From Patescibacteria group bacterium (GTDB taxonomy: Bacteria; Patescibacteriota; Minisyncoccia; Phycocordibacterales; UBA9973): a stretch of DNA of 64,000 bases. The stretch covers positions 79,605 to 143,604 of the forward strand of contig JAGWUB010000002.1 in NCBI GenBank assembly GCA_028868715.1, given 5' to 3'. The notes beneath the pieces are model-generated. The model worked only from the letters and a program-made list of their open reading frames with translations. It was not told the origin of the DNA and searched no databases. Shown here piece by piece: positions 7,651-16,159 of this stretch. The stretch's first letter is position 1, and each line of letters opens with the position of its first letter. A program made the position numbers and the translations under genes.

Positions 7651-7789
7651 AGTACACTTATCGGTCATTACATGACCAGTATACCTTTTCAATCTCGCAT
7701 ACGAGATAATGAAAAGCTTTTCGCTTCCTAGTCACAAGCAAAGCAGTTTGCTCGTTTCTCCCATCAAAAAATCGCTGCACTCTTTTTTG

Positions 7790-7860
7790 CTGGGAGACTA
7801 GGAATCGAACCTAGATTAAAGGCTTCAAAGGCCTCTGTCCTACCGTTAGACGATCTCCCA
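7790..7860 (-). tRNA. tRNA-Gln (anticodon UUG)
   Basis: Hand-folded cloverleaf: acceptor TGGGAGA/TCTCCCA, T-arm CTAGG-TTCGATT-CCTAG, anticodon loop CTTTGAA. CCA is not encoded. Confidence 0.8.
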
Positions 7861-7928
7861 ATAGACTAAAACACTTTAATTTATAACATAAATTGTCCTA
7901 AAAATCTATATTTGTTAGAATAAATACT

Positions 7929-8183
7929 ATGGTTAAAAACAAAATCTCCACTGGTGTGGTGCATAAAATACCATTAGATTTAGAAAAGGCTCTCATCTCT
8001 AACCCAAAGGCGTTGGCATTATGGGAAGATATTACACCGCTGGCTCGCAATGAATGGATCTGTTGGGTTACCTCCGGTAAAAAAGCGGATACGAGAAATA
8101 TTCGTATCGCAAAAACACTTTCAAAACTCAAGGGCGGAATGCGCCGACCTTGTTGTTGGGCTGGGTGCACTCATCGTAGTTAA
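7929..8183 (+). CDS. YdeI/OmdA-family protein (bacteriocin-protection-like domain)
   Basis: ALWEDITPLARNEWICWV...TRNIRIAKTLSKL and C-terminal CCWAGCTH, typical of the YdeI/DUF1801-type C-terminal domain. The minus ORF 7898..8170 is its shadow. Confidence 0.55.
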   Translation: MVKNKISTGVVHKIPLDLEKALISNPKALALWEDITPLARNEWICWVTSGKKADTRNIRIAKTLSKLKGGMRRPCCWAGCTHRS

Positions 8184-9229
8184 ATTTTACTTAAGATTTT
8201 GACCAATGCGAGTTCTAGTGGAAGCTCAGCAATAAACGAGTTGTCTATATTTTGATACTCTTCAAGTAATATTGAAAGTGTCTCCGAGCGAAACATACCA
8301 CTTTTGTCTTCTTTCACGAGGGTTTGGAGAAATTCCATATCAGCTTCACCTAAATCCCCTGCCATATCTTCTTTTAATTTTGGAGCATAACGTAAAATTA
8401 TAGCCACGCGAAACTTGGTGATAATTAATTTAAAGTACAATTTCATATCTAAATTCTCTGCAGTCGCTTTTTGCACCACTGCAATCCCATCGGCTAGCTC
8501 TCCTCTCCCGATAGCTGACAAAAAGTCATTTACTAGAGATGTTTTTGGCGCTCCAGTTATTTTTTCAATATCCTCCCTTTTGATTTTTTTGCTATCAGAA
8601 AAATTCAAAACTTTCTGCAATTCACCTAAGGCATCCCGAAAAGAACCATCTGCCAAAATCGCTAAAAGTTCTGCCGAGCCACTATCGAGCTCAAAACCTT
8701 CCTTCTTGCCGACATCGAGTAACATTTTTCTACATACCGCATCGGTGGCTTTTCGAAAAGTAAAAACTTGGCAACGAGAAATAATTGTTTCTGGCACTTT
8801 GTGAAATTCTGTCGTAGCTAAAATAAAAATTACATGCTTTGGTGGCTCTTCTAATGTTTTCAGTAATGCGCCCCATGCATCCTTAGAGAGCATGTGTACT
8901 TCGTCTATTATGTAAACTTTATATTTTGAATCAAAAGGTAGCACTCTGGTGCCGTCGCGAAGCTCCTTGATGTCTTCTATTCCCCTATTTGAAGCGGCAT
9001 CAATTTCATAAAGATCGTTTGCTGACACACCGATGCTTTTTGCAAAAATTCGGGCGACAGAAGTTTTGCCCGTGCCCCGAGAGCCGACAAACAGGTAGGC
9101 ATGAGAGACTTTATTTGTCTCCACTGAGCTTTCCAAGACCTTGACTATATGATCTTGCCCCAAGACTTCCTTGAAGGTCTTTGGTCGATATTTTCTATAT
9201 AAAGCTAGGCTTGTTTCATTTGCTGGCAT
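8180..9229 (-). CDS. dnaX: DNA polymerase III subunit gamma (short DnaX, no tau extension)
   Basis: YRPKTFKEVLGQ...FVGSRGTGKTS Walker A and DEVHML box. Confidence 0.85.
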   Translation of the reverse strand: MPANETSLALYRKYRPKTFKEVLGQDHIVKVLESSVETNKVSHAYLFVGSRGTGKTSVARIFAKSIGVSANDLYEIDAASNRGIEDIKELRDGTRVLPFDSKYKVYIIDEVHMLSKDAWGALLKTLEEPPKHVIFILATTEFHKVPETIISRCQVFTFRKATDAVCRKMLLDVGKKEGFELDSGSAELLAILADGSFRDALGELQKVLNFSDSKKIKREDIEKITGAPKTSLVNDFLSAIGRGELADGIAVVQKATAENLDMKLYFKLIITKFRVAIILRYAPKLKEDMAGDLGEADMEFLQTLVKEDKSGMFRSETLSILLEEYQNIDNSFIAELPLELALVKILSKI

Positions 9230-9238
9230 AAAAGCATT

Positions 9239-10258
9239 CTACCTTATTTCCTCTAAAAAATCATTAATAATTTTCTCCACTTCAGCGGCTGAATTTGTTT
9301 CCATTAGTTTTATGCGCAGTTCTTTTGCGCCATCAAAACCATTCACGTAAGCCTTGAAATGTTTCTTCATGGTGGCAAAGCTCTTGTGCCGTGGCTTTGA
9401 TAATGTCTTCTCGAAAACATTAGTATGTTCAATTAAAACTTTTAACTTTTCTTCTGTGGTAGGTGGCTCATTTCTCAAAGTCTCACTCTTGCCGACTGTA
9501 GTAAATAGCCATGGATTGCCAAACATTCCCCTCCCTATCATCACTCCATCGCAACCGTATTTTTGGATTTTTTCTTCACCATCTTTTATACTCTCGACAT
9601 CTCCATTGCCGATTAATAAAATATCTTTACCAGTTTTTTCAATAAGTTTTTTTATTTTTTTAATATGTTCCCAGTGCGCAGGAACTGCGGACATTTCTTT
9701 GCTAGTACGCAAATGTATCGTAAGTGCAGAAATATCTTCTTTTAATATTTCAGGAATCCAGTTGTCTATATCTTCTTTATTAAAACCGATTCTGGTTTTT
9801 ACAGATACTGGAATATTGGCGCCAGCCGCTTTGATGCCTTCGTGTGCAGCTTGAATAATTTTTCTTGCTAGTTGTGGATTTTTTATCAGACCTGCTCCAG
9901 CTCCTTGAGCTACTACTGATTTATCTGGACATCCCATATTTATATCTATACCATCAAATCCAAGGCTAGCAACATACTGGCACGCCTTCTTCATATTTTC
10001 TGGATTGGCGCCAAAAACTTGGGCTACTATAGGCCGTTCACTGTTTGAAAAAACTAACATATGGTTTAGTTTCTTCCTTGCAAATTTATTACACAGACCG
10101 TCTGCTGCCACAAATTCTGTCCAAAAGACAACCCTGTCTCTATTCTCTCTATTCTTGCTATATTTCGCCAAAATATGACGAAAAGCGATATCTGTGACAT
10201 CTGACATTGGCGCAAGGCAAAAAAAAGGTTTATGAAGTTTTTCCCAAAAATTTACCAT
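9239..10258 (-). CDS. dus: tRNA-dihydrouridine synthase
   Basis: CLAPMSDVTDIAFR N-terminus, TIM-barrel Dus motifs. Confidence 0.8.
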   Translation of the reverse strand: MVNFWEKLHKPFFCLAPMSDVTDIAFRHILAKYSKNRENRDRVVFWTEFVAADGLCNKFARKKLNHMLVFSNSERPIVAQVFGANPENMKKACQYVASLGFDGIDINMGCPDKSVVAQGAGAGLIKNPQLARKIIQAAHEGIKAAGANIPVSVKTRIGFNKEDIDNWIPEILKEDISALTIHLRTSKEMSAVPAHWEHIKKIKKLIEKTGKDILLIGNGDVESIKDGEEKIQKYGCDGVMIGRGMFGNPWLFTTVGKSETLRNEPPTTEEKLKVLIEHTNVFEKTLSKPRHKSFATMKKHFKAYVNGFDGAKELRIKLMETNSAAEVEKIINDFLEEIR

Positions 10259-11193
10259 TAGTTTTTCTTTGCTGCTTTGGAGGTAGGAGGTGTCGCAGGG
10301 CTATCAGTGGTAAACTTGTAATATACTTTATTATCAAATCGTAAATCAATATACTCTAAAGCAGAATATTGATTCTTAAATTTTGACTGCAGAGGTTCTG
10401 TGCCTAAGGCTGCTCTAAAATTTTCTGCAATTTTTTGAAAATCAGAAGTTTGCTTGAATACTATTTTAGGTGTTGCCGAAGATACTTTTACTTTGGAGAG
10501 AAATACATCTATGTCACCAGTATCCTCAATATATAGCATAGATGGTTTCAAGCTTATGCTTGCAAGTGTGTCTTTAAATGAAATTAATTTATCAAAGTAT
10601 CCCTTGGCCACATAAGATCCAGAAGGGTTGTCTGACGCGATCGGTAAACCATTGGCTTGGTCAGTCTTTCCATAAAACTTAAAATATACTCCGCCTGAAA
10701 AATATGGCGCTTGGTCAAAAATATACCCATCCTTATCTAAGAAATAGCATGTTTCTTTGTCATTGCCTGTGGCAGGAGGAGTAGCGCCACACCAAGTATA
10801 TTCCGGAATTCTTTCTGTGACCGATATCGCCAAAGTTTTATTGTTTTGAGTATCAATCGTTATATTTTGAAATCTTTTAAATTGGTTAGCTAAATCCGAT
10901 TTTATTTTACTCTTTGGATAAAGGAATAAGTTTGTTTTTGGAAAAAGCCAAAAGTAATATCCTGATGTTTCTTTATTTACGGCCGCCATTACCGCTTCGG
11001 TGTCTATAACTTTATTACCCTGTACTTCTACTGCACTGATATTTAATCTTTTAATCCGAGAAACATAAGATAAAATTCCGATAATTATCAATAGTAAAAT
11101 TCCAAAAATTACAACTTTTCTTACAAAAATTTTTTGTTTTTTCTTTTTTAATTCAGACAGACGTGGAGAGTTTAAAACATTTCGTTTCTGCAT
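10258..11193 (-). CDS. ftsQ: FtsQ/DivIB-like cell division protein (TM anchor + POTRA)
   Basis: N-terminal TM. LNISAVEVQGNKVIDTEAV POTRA-like start. Confidence 0.5.
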   Translation of the reverse strand: MQKRNVLNSPRLSELKKKKQKIFVRKVVIFGILLLIIIGILSYVSRIKRLNISAVEVQGNKVIDTEAVMAAVNKETSGYYFWLFPKTNLFLYPKSKIKSDLANQFKRFQNITIDTQNNKTLAISVTERIPEYTWCGATPPATGNDKETCYFLDKDGYIFDQAPYFSGGVYFKFYGKTDQANGLPIASDNPSGSYVAKGYFDKLISFKDTLASISLKPSMLYIEDTGDIDVFLSKVKVSSATPKIVFKQTSDFQKIAENFRAALGTEPLQSKFKNQYSALEYIDLRFDNKVYYKFTTDSPATPPTSKAAKKN

Positions 11194-11207
11194 TTAAATT
11201 AATTTGA

Positions 11208-12473
11208 TTACTTTATAAACTCTTTTCCACCCATGTATTTTCTTAAAACTTCTGGAATGATGACCGTTCCGTCGGCTTGCTGGAAGTTTTCTATCATTGA
11301 CACTAAAATTCTAGGAGTGGCGATAGCCGTAGAGTTTAGAGAATGGGCATAATGCATTTTACCATTTTCATCCTTATAACGAATACCTAGGCGTCTGGTT
11401 TGAAAATCATGAAAATATGAAGCTGAGGAAATTTCACGATATTTATTTTCTTTTGGTACCCAAAGCTCAATGTCATATTTTTTAACCTGACCAAGGCCAA
11501 GGTCTCCTCCACAGTTTATAACTGTATGGTAAGGAATTTCCAAAGACTCTATAAACTCTTCCGTGTTTTTATTTAACTCTTCGTGGAATTTTACAGAAGT
11601 TTCGTGATTGGCCTCACAAAGAATAAGTTGTTCAAGTTTATAAAATTCATGCACTCGAATGAGTCCTTTCACATCTTTGCCATGACTTCCAGCTTCACGC
11701 CTAAAACAAGGAGAAAAGCCCAAATACTTTAATGGTAGTATATCTTTTTCAAGAACTTCTCCCGCGTGCATGCCCATCAAAGGTACTTCAGCTGTGCCAG
11801 CCAAAAAATCTCCATCTTGAGTTTTATATAAATCCTCTTCGCCTTGTGGTAAAAATCCAGTGCCCAGAAATGAATCTTTACGATCAAGGACTGGTGGAAT
11901 GATCGGAGAGAAGCCACGAGTAGAGAAAAAATCCATTGCATAATTCCAAATTGCAAACGACAGGCGGGCGCCATCATTAGTCAAGTAGTATCCTCTAAAT
12001 CCATGAACCTTCGTTCCCCTTTCAAAATCTACCATCTTCAAGGTGTTCATTATTTCAATATGATCTTTTGGTTCAAAATTAAATGTTGGTTTGTCTCCCC
12101 AAACTTTTATCTCTTGATTTTCAGCATCAGTATTTCCATCAGGCACGGACATGTCGGGTACGTTTGGAACTTGGAGCATTAGTAATTGCCACTCCTCCAT
12201 TATTTGCCTTAATTTCTCTTCTTTAGTTTTAATATCATCTTTAACCGCGCGCATTTCTTCGATGAGTTGGGCCTTGAGCTTGGGATCCTGGTGGCGAGCA
12301 ATATCGTTGGAAACTTTATTGACTTCAGCTCGCAGATCTTCTATTTCTTTGAGTTCTTTGAGGCGAGCATCATCAAGTTCTATAAGTTTACCGATATCAA
12401 CATCGAGGCACTTTTTCACAGCGCCAGCCTGTACCACATCTTTATTTTCACGTATAAATTTGATGTCTAACAT
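11208..12473 (-). CDS. serS: seryl-tRNA synthetase
   Basis: N-terminal coiled-coil arm plus class II core motifs. Confidence 0.9.
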   Translation of the reverse strand: MLDIKFIRENKDVVQAGAVKKCLDVDIGKLIELDDARLKELKEIEDLRAEVNKVSNDIARHQDPKLKAQLIEEMRAVKDDIKTKEEKLRQIMEEWQLLMLQVPNVPDMSVPDGNTDAENQEIKVWGDKPTFNFEPKDHIEIMNTLKMVDFERGTKVHGFRGYYLTNDGARLSFAIWNYAMDFFSTRGFSPIIPPVLDRKDSFLGTGFLPQGEEDLYKTQDGDFLAGTAEVPLMGMHAGEVLEKDILPLKYLGFSPCFRREAGSHGKDVKGLIRVHEFYKLEQLILCEANHETSVKFHEELNKNTEEFIESLEIPYHTVINCGGDLGLGQVKKYDIELWVPKENKYREISSASYFHDFQTRRLGIRYKDENGKMHYAHSLNSTAIATPRILVSMIENFQQADGTVIIPEVLRKYMGGKEFIK

Positions 12474-12511
12474 TCTTTTATTCTACACTAAAATTGGTAT
12501 AATTTCAAAAT

Positions 12512-13375
12512 ATGGCATTTAATTTAAAAATTCTTGAAGGGTCAGCCATTCCAGCAGATCTTTTACAGATTCCCCAACCACCTAAAAAGCTTTACTTGGC
12601 GGGCAGATTGCCACCGGAAGGCACTATATGCTTGGCAGTTGTTGGCTCCAGAAAAGCAACGACTTATGGCAAGGATATTGTAAAAAAACTTATTTCTGGA
12701 TTAAAGGGCTACCCTATTGCCATCGTTTCGGGATTGGCTGTCGGTATCGATTCCTTATCTCACGAGGCTGCATTACAAGCTGGTTTGATAGCAGTCGCTT
12801 TTCCAGGCTCAGGAATTTCAGCAGAAGCTTTCTTTCCACCCTCTAGCCTAAAACTCGCAGAAAAGATAATCGATGCAGGTGGATGTATTATCTCGGAGTA
12901 TGAGCCAAATATGAAAGCTCAATTTTATTTCTTTCCTGCAAGAAATAGATTAGTAGCTGGTCTCTCTAAAGCAGCACTAATTATAGAAGCACAAGATAAA
13001 TCTGGGACATTGATTACCGCTCGCATGGCTCTAGACTATAATAAAGAAGTGCTAGCGGTGCCGGGGCCTATTAATTCTGATTTTTCAAAGGGTACCAATA
13101 GATTAATCAGGCAGGGAGCTACTCCTATCACTTGCAGTGAAGATATATTAGAAGCTTTAGGTTTTAAAATTGATAAAGAAAGTAAACAGCAAAATCTTTT
13201 TGAAGACGCTAGACCAGAAGAAAAAGCAGTTTTGAAATTATTGACTGAGCCCTTAGAAAGAGATGAGCTCATTCGCCGTATGAAAATGCCCACCGCCGAA
13301 GCCAATGCTCTACTCTCGGTGATGGAAATAAAAGAATTAATAAAAGAAGAGCTCGGGGAAATTAGGTTGGCATAA
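12512..13375 (+). CDS. dprA: DNA processing protein DprA/Smf
   Basis: LAVVGSRKATTYG...VSGLAVGIDS Rossmann-like DprA motifs. Confidence 0.85.
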   Translation: MAFNLKILEGSAIPADLLQIPQPPKKLYLAGRLPPEGTICLAVVGSRKATTYGKDIVKKLISGLKGYPIAIVSGLAVGIDSLSHEAALQAGLIAVAFPGSGISAEAFFPPSSLKLAEKIIDAGGCIISEYEPNMKAQFYFFPARNRLVAGLSKAALIIEAQDKSGTLITARMALDYNKEVLAVPGPINSDFSKGTNRLIRQGATPITCSEDILEALGFKIDKESKQQNLFEDARPEEKAVLKLLTEPLERDELIRRMKMPTAEANALLSVMEIKELIKEELGEIRLA

Positions 13376-13380
13376 AATAG

Positions 13381-13420
13381 AAAAAGCCACAGAAACAGCA
13401 TATGACTCTTTCTATGGCTT
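13381..13420. terminator. putative bidirectional terminator between convergent dprA and 13430..13777
   Basis: Imperfect approximately 10-bp stem gccacagaaa / tttctatggc flanked by an A run and a T run. Confidence 0.35.
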
Positions 13421-13429
13421 AAAATACCA

Positions 13430-13777
13430 TTAACCTAAAAATAGGTGCATTTCTGCGTCGGAAAGCTGGATGTCCCTCACAAGCATGGTTATGAGAGGAA
13501 TTTCTGAAAGAAAGATCGTGAAGACCTTGCTACGCTCATCTCTCTCGTCGAAATATCCATCTCTGTTATAGTTTCCACGCTTGACACTGAAACTATATTT
13601 GCTCCCCGTGGCAGATAACAGCTGATTTACAATAACTGACACTAGAGCCAGATCCTTTTCTGTATATTCCATCGTAGCCATGGGGCGCAAGGTTACACAA
13701 ACCTGCTTCGTTAACCTTTCGGAATTTCTTATTAGAAATAGGAAAGGTTGTAGTTGTGAAGTAAATTTATTATACAT
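13430..13777 (-). CDS. hypothetical protein
   Basis: 115-aa ORF with no recognisable motif. Confidence 0.35.
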   Translation of the reverse strand: MYNKFTSQLQPFLFLIRNSERLTKQVCVTLRPMATMEYTEKDLALVSVIVNQLLSATGSKYSFSVKRGNYNRDGYFDERDERSKVFTIFLSEIPLITMLVRDIQLSDAEMHLFLG

Positions 13778-13920
13778 TCCAATCTCCTTTTCAATTTACT
13801 GAAACGATGCTTTTGGGCAACTAGAGTCCAAAATATAACATCATTTTTATCTTTCAATATCTAACCACAGAAATATAAAATTTGCAAAATAAATATCTTT
13901 CATGTAATACTGTTTGAGCA

Positions 13921-16134
13921 ATGAAACTTTTAATTGTTGAATCACCATCCAAAGCAAAGACCATCGAGAAATATCTCGAGGGGGCTTTTACTGTACGCGC
14001 ATCTGTCGGGCATATTCGTGATTTGCCAAAATCAAACAAGATTGCCATAGACATAGATGCAGGCTTTGTTCCGCATTATGAAATATCTAAAGGCAAAGAA
14101 AAGATCGTACACGAGCTACAAAGCTTAGCATCCAAAGCAAAAGAAATACTTTTAGCGACAGACCCTGACCGTGAAGGAGAAGCTATTGCTTGGCATATAG
14201 AAACACTTCTCAAGCAGGATAAAAAAGTAAAGGCGCCTATAGAGAGAGTTGCCTTTTATGAAATTACGAAAGAAGCGGTATCTGAAGCCCTAAAACATCC
14301 ACGAAAAATAGATACTAATTTACGAAAAGCCCAAGAAGCTCGTCGGGTACTAGATCGTCTTGTTGGTTACGATTTATCTGGCCTTATCTGGAAAAAGGTA
14401 CGCTACGGTCTTTCAGCTGGACGGGTTCAATCACCTGCTCTGCGCATAATCATGGAGCGTGAAAGAGAAATTCGTGTCTTCGTTCCAGAAAAATTTTGGA
14501 AGATCAAAGGACTTTTTGAAACCTTAAAAGAGGATAAGGTTATTTTGGAATGCTCTGAAGAACCAAGGGATGAAAAACTCGTAGAAAAAATAATGGAAGT
14601 AGGTAAAGATGGAACTTGGATCGTAAGTGTAGTTAAGGAATCAGAACAAAAACGCTCTCCCAGAGCACCATTTACAACTTCCACTCTTCAACAAACTGCT
14701 AGCTCAAGGCTAGGATACTCGCCTTCGCGTACGATGCAGATAGCCCAGAAGCTCTATGAAGCTGGCCATATCACCTATATGCGAACAGATAGTACAAACT
14801 TGTCCACCGCAGCTCAAGCTCAGATAGTTTCTTTTGTAAAAAAAGAATATGGGCCGGAGTATGCTGAAGCAAGAATATACAAAACAAAATCAAAAAATGC
14901 TCAAGAAGCTCATGAAGCTATTCGCCCGACTCATATTGATAATATGATTGCCGGCAGTGAAGAACAAGGCAGACTTTATAGATTGATCTGGGAACGCGCA
15001 GTCTCTTCACAAATGACGGATGCAAAATTATTGAAAACAAAAATTACTGCCAAGGTTGAGGGGCATGCAGATATACCAGAATTTGGCGCTAATGGATCCA
15101 GACTTTTATTCCCAGGATGGTTAAAGGTAGACAGCGCTGCTCGTGGAGATGATGTTGAGCTACCATTATGTAAGGTCGGAGAAAAATTAAAGCTCTTGAA
15201 CCTAATCAATGAAGAAAAATTTACTGAACCGCCAGGACGCTATAGTGAAGCAGGATTAATCAAAGAGCTGGAAAGTCGTGGCATCGGCAGACCCTCTACT
15301 TATGCTTCAATTATGCGAACTATTGAAGATAGAGGTTATGTAAAGAAAGAAGGTAAAACCTTGTTCCCCACTGATGTCGGCGAAGTGGTTTCTGATTTTT
15401 TAGAAAAACATTTTGCGAATTATATCTCGGACACATTTACCGCTGAAATGGAAGATGAATTAGATGAAATCTCTAGAGGCGAAAGAGAATATGAAAAAAC
15501 TCTAAAAGATTTCTATGGCCCATTTCTGAAAGACGTCAAATCAAAAGATAAATTAGAAAAAGCAACCAATTTAGGTGAAGCTCCGGAGAATATAAAATGT
15601 CCAAAATGTGGTAGCTCAATGATTATCAAGCTCTCAAGAGCTGGTAAGTTTTATTCCTGTTCAAAATACCCAGACTGCGACGGCGCCCTGATGCTAGACG
15701 GTACTGAGCTCCAAGGGCCAAAAGAAACTGGAGAAATGTGTCCAGAATGTGGCGATAAGAAGGGAAAGTCTGGTGGAGGTAAATTAATTGTACGTGAACG
15801 CAGAGACGGAAGCGGAACTTTTATATCCTGTTCTCGTTATCCAAAATGTAAATTTGTAAAAAGTGATGAAGCAGATGAAGCCAAAAAACGAACTGGAGTA
15901 ATCTGCCCTCTTTGTAAAAAGGGCGACATTACTGAACGTCGTGGAAAATTTGGGATTTTCTATTCTTGTTCAAATTATCCAAAATGTAAATTTGCGATCA
16001 AGGCCAAACCTACCGGCAAGATTTGTAAGGAGTGTGGAAGTCTGATGATGGAAGGTACGAAAACTATTCCAGAAAGATGTTCAAACAAAGCTTGTCCAAA
16101 TCACAACCCTCATAAGTTAAATAAAATTAAATAA
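13921..16134 (+). CDS. topA: DNA topoisomerase I with C-terminal zinc-ribbon repeats
   Basis: TOPRIM MKLLIVESPSKAKTIEKYLG, Tyr-domain motifs, four Cys4 ribbons. Confidence 0.9.
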   Translation: MKLLIVESPSKAKTIEKYLEGAFTVRASVGHIRDLPKSNKIAIDIDAGFVPHYEISKGKEKIVHELQSLASKAKEILLATDPDREGEAIAWHIETLLKQDKKVKAPIERVAFYEITKEAVSEALKHPRKIDTNLRKAQEARRVLDRLVGYDLSGLIWKKVRYGLSAGRVQSPALRIIMEREREIRVFVPEKFWKIKGLFETLKEDKVILECSEEPRDEKLVEKIMEVGKDGTWIVSVVKESEQKRSPRAPFTTSTLQQTASSRLGYSPSRTMQIAQKLYEAGHITYMRTDSTNLSTAAQAQIVSFVKKEYGPEYAEARIYKTKSKNAQEAHEAIRPTHIDNMIAGSEEQGRLYRLIWERAVSSQMTDAKLLKTKITAKVEGHADIPEFGANGSRLLFPGWLKVDSAARGDDVELPLCKVGEKLKLLNLINEEKFTEPPGRYSEAGLIKELESRGIGRPSTYASIMRTIEDRGYVKKEGKTLFPTDVGEVVSDFLEKHFANYISDTFTAEMEDELDEISRGEREYEKTLKDFYGPFLKDVKSKDKLEKATNLGEAPENIKCPKCGSSMIIKLSRAGKFYSCSKYPDCDGALMLDGTELQGPKETGEMCPECGDKKGKSGGGKLIVRERRDGSGTFISCSRYPKCKFVKSDEADEAKKRTGVICPLCKKGDITERRGKFGIFYSCSNYPKCKFAIKAKPTGKICKECGSLMMEGTKTIPERCSNKACPNHNPHKLNKIK

Positions 16135-16159
16135 AAAAGCGGATCTCAGGACAAAATTT

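Noticed and set aside
7507-7731. Overlapping ORFs (61 aa minus, 66 aa plus) in the GC-rich spacer next to tRNA-Gln
   Set aside because: They are mutually overlapping with no RBS, and they span the att-like repeat and hairpins. The region is more likely non-coding structure or scar than coding sequence.
7898-8170. 90-aa minus-strand ORF overlapping the YdeI-like gene
   Set aside because: The plus-strand ORF 7929..8183 has recognisable YdeI/OmdA family motifs, including CCWAGCTH. The minus ORF is an antisense shadow.
9354-9854. Long antisense ORFs inside dus, inside holB (25783..26316), atpH/atpF (35210..35626) and the 50.3-50.8 kb gene (50392..50847)
   Set aside because: They lie opposite confidently identified genes. 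The one inside the GC-rich 161-aa gene arises from GC-rich codon bias. No independent support exists for any of them.
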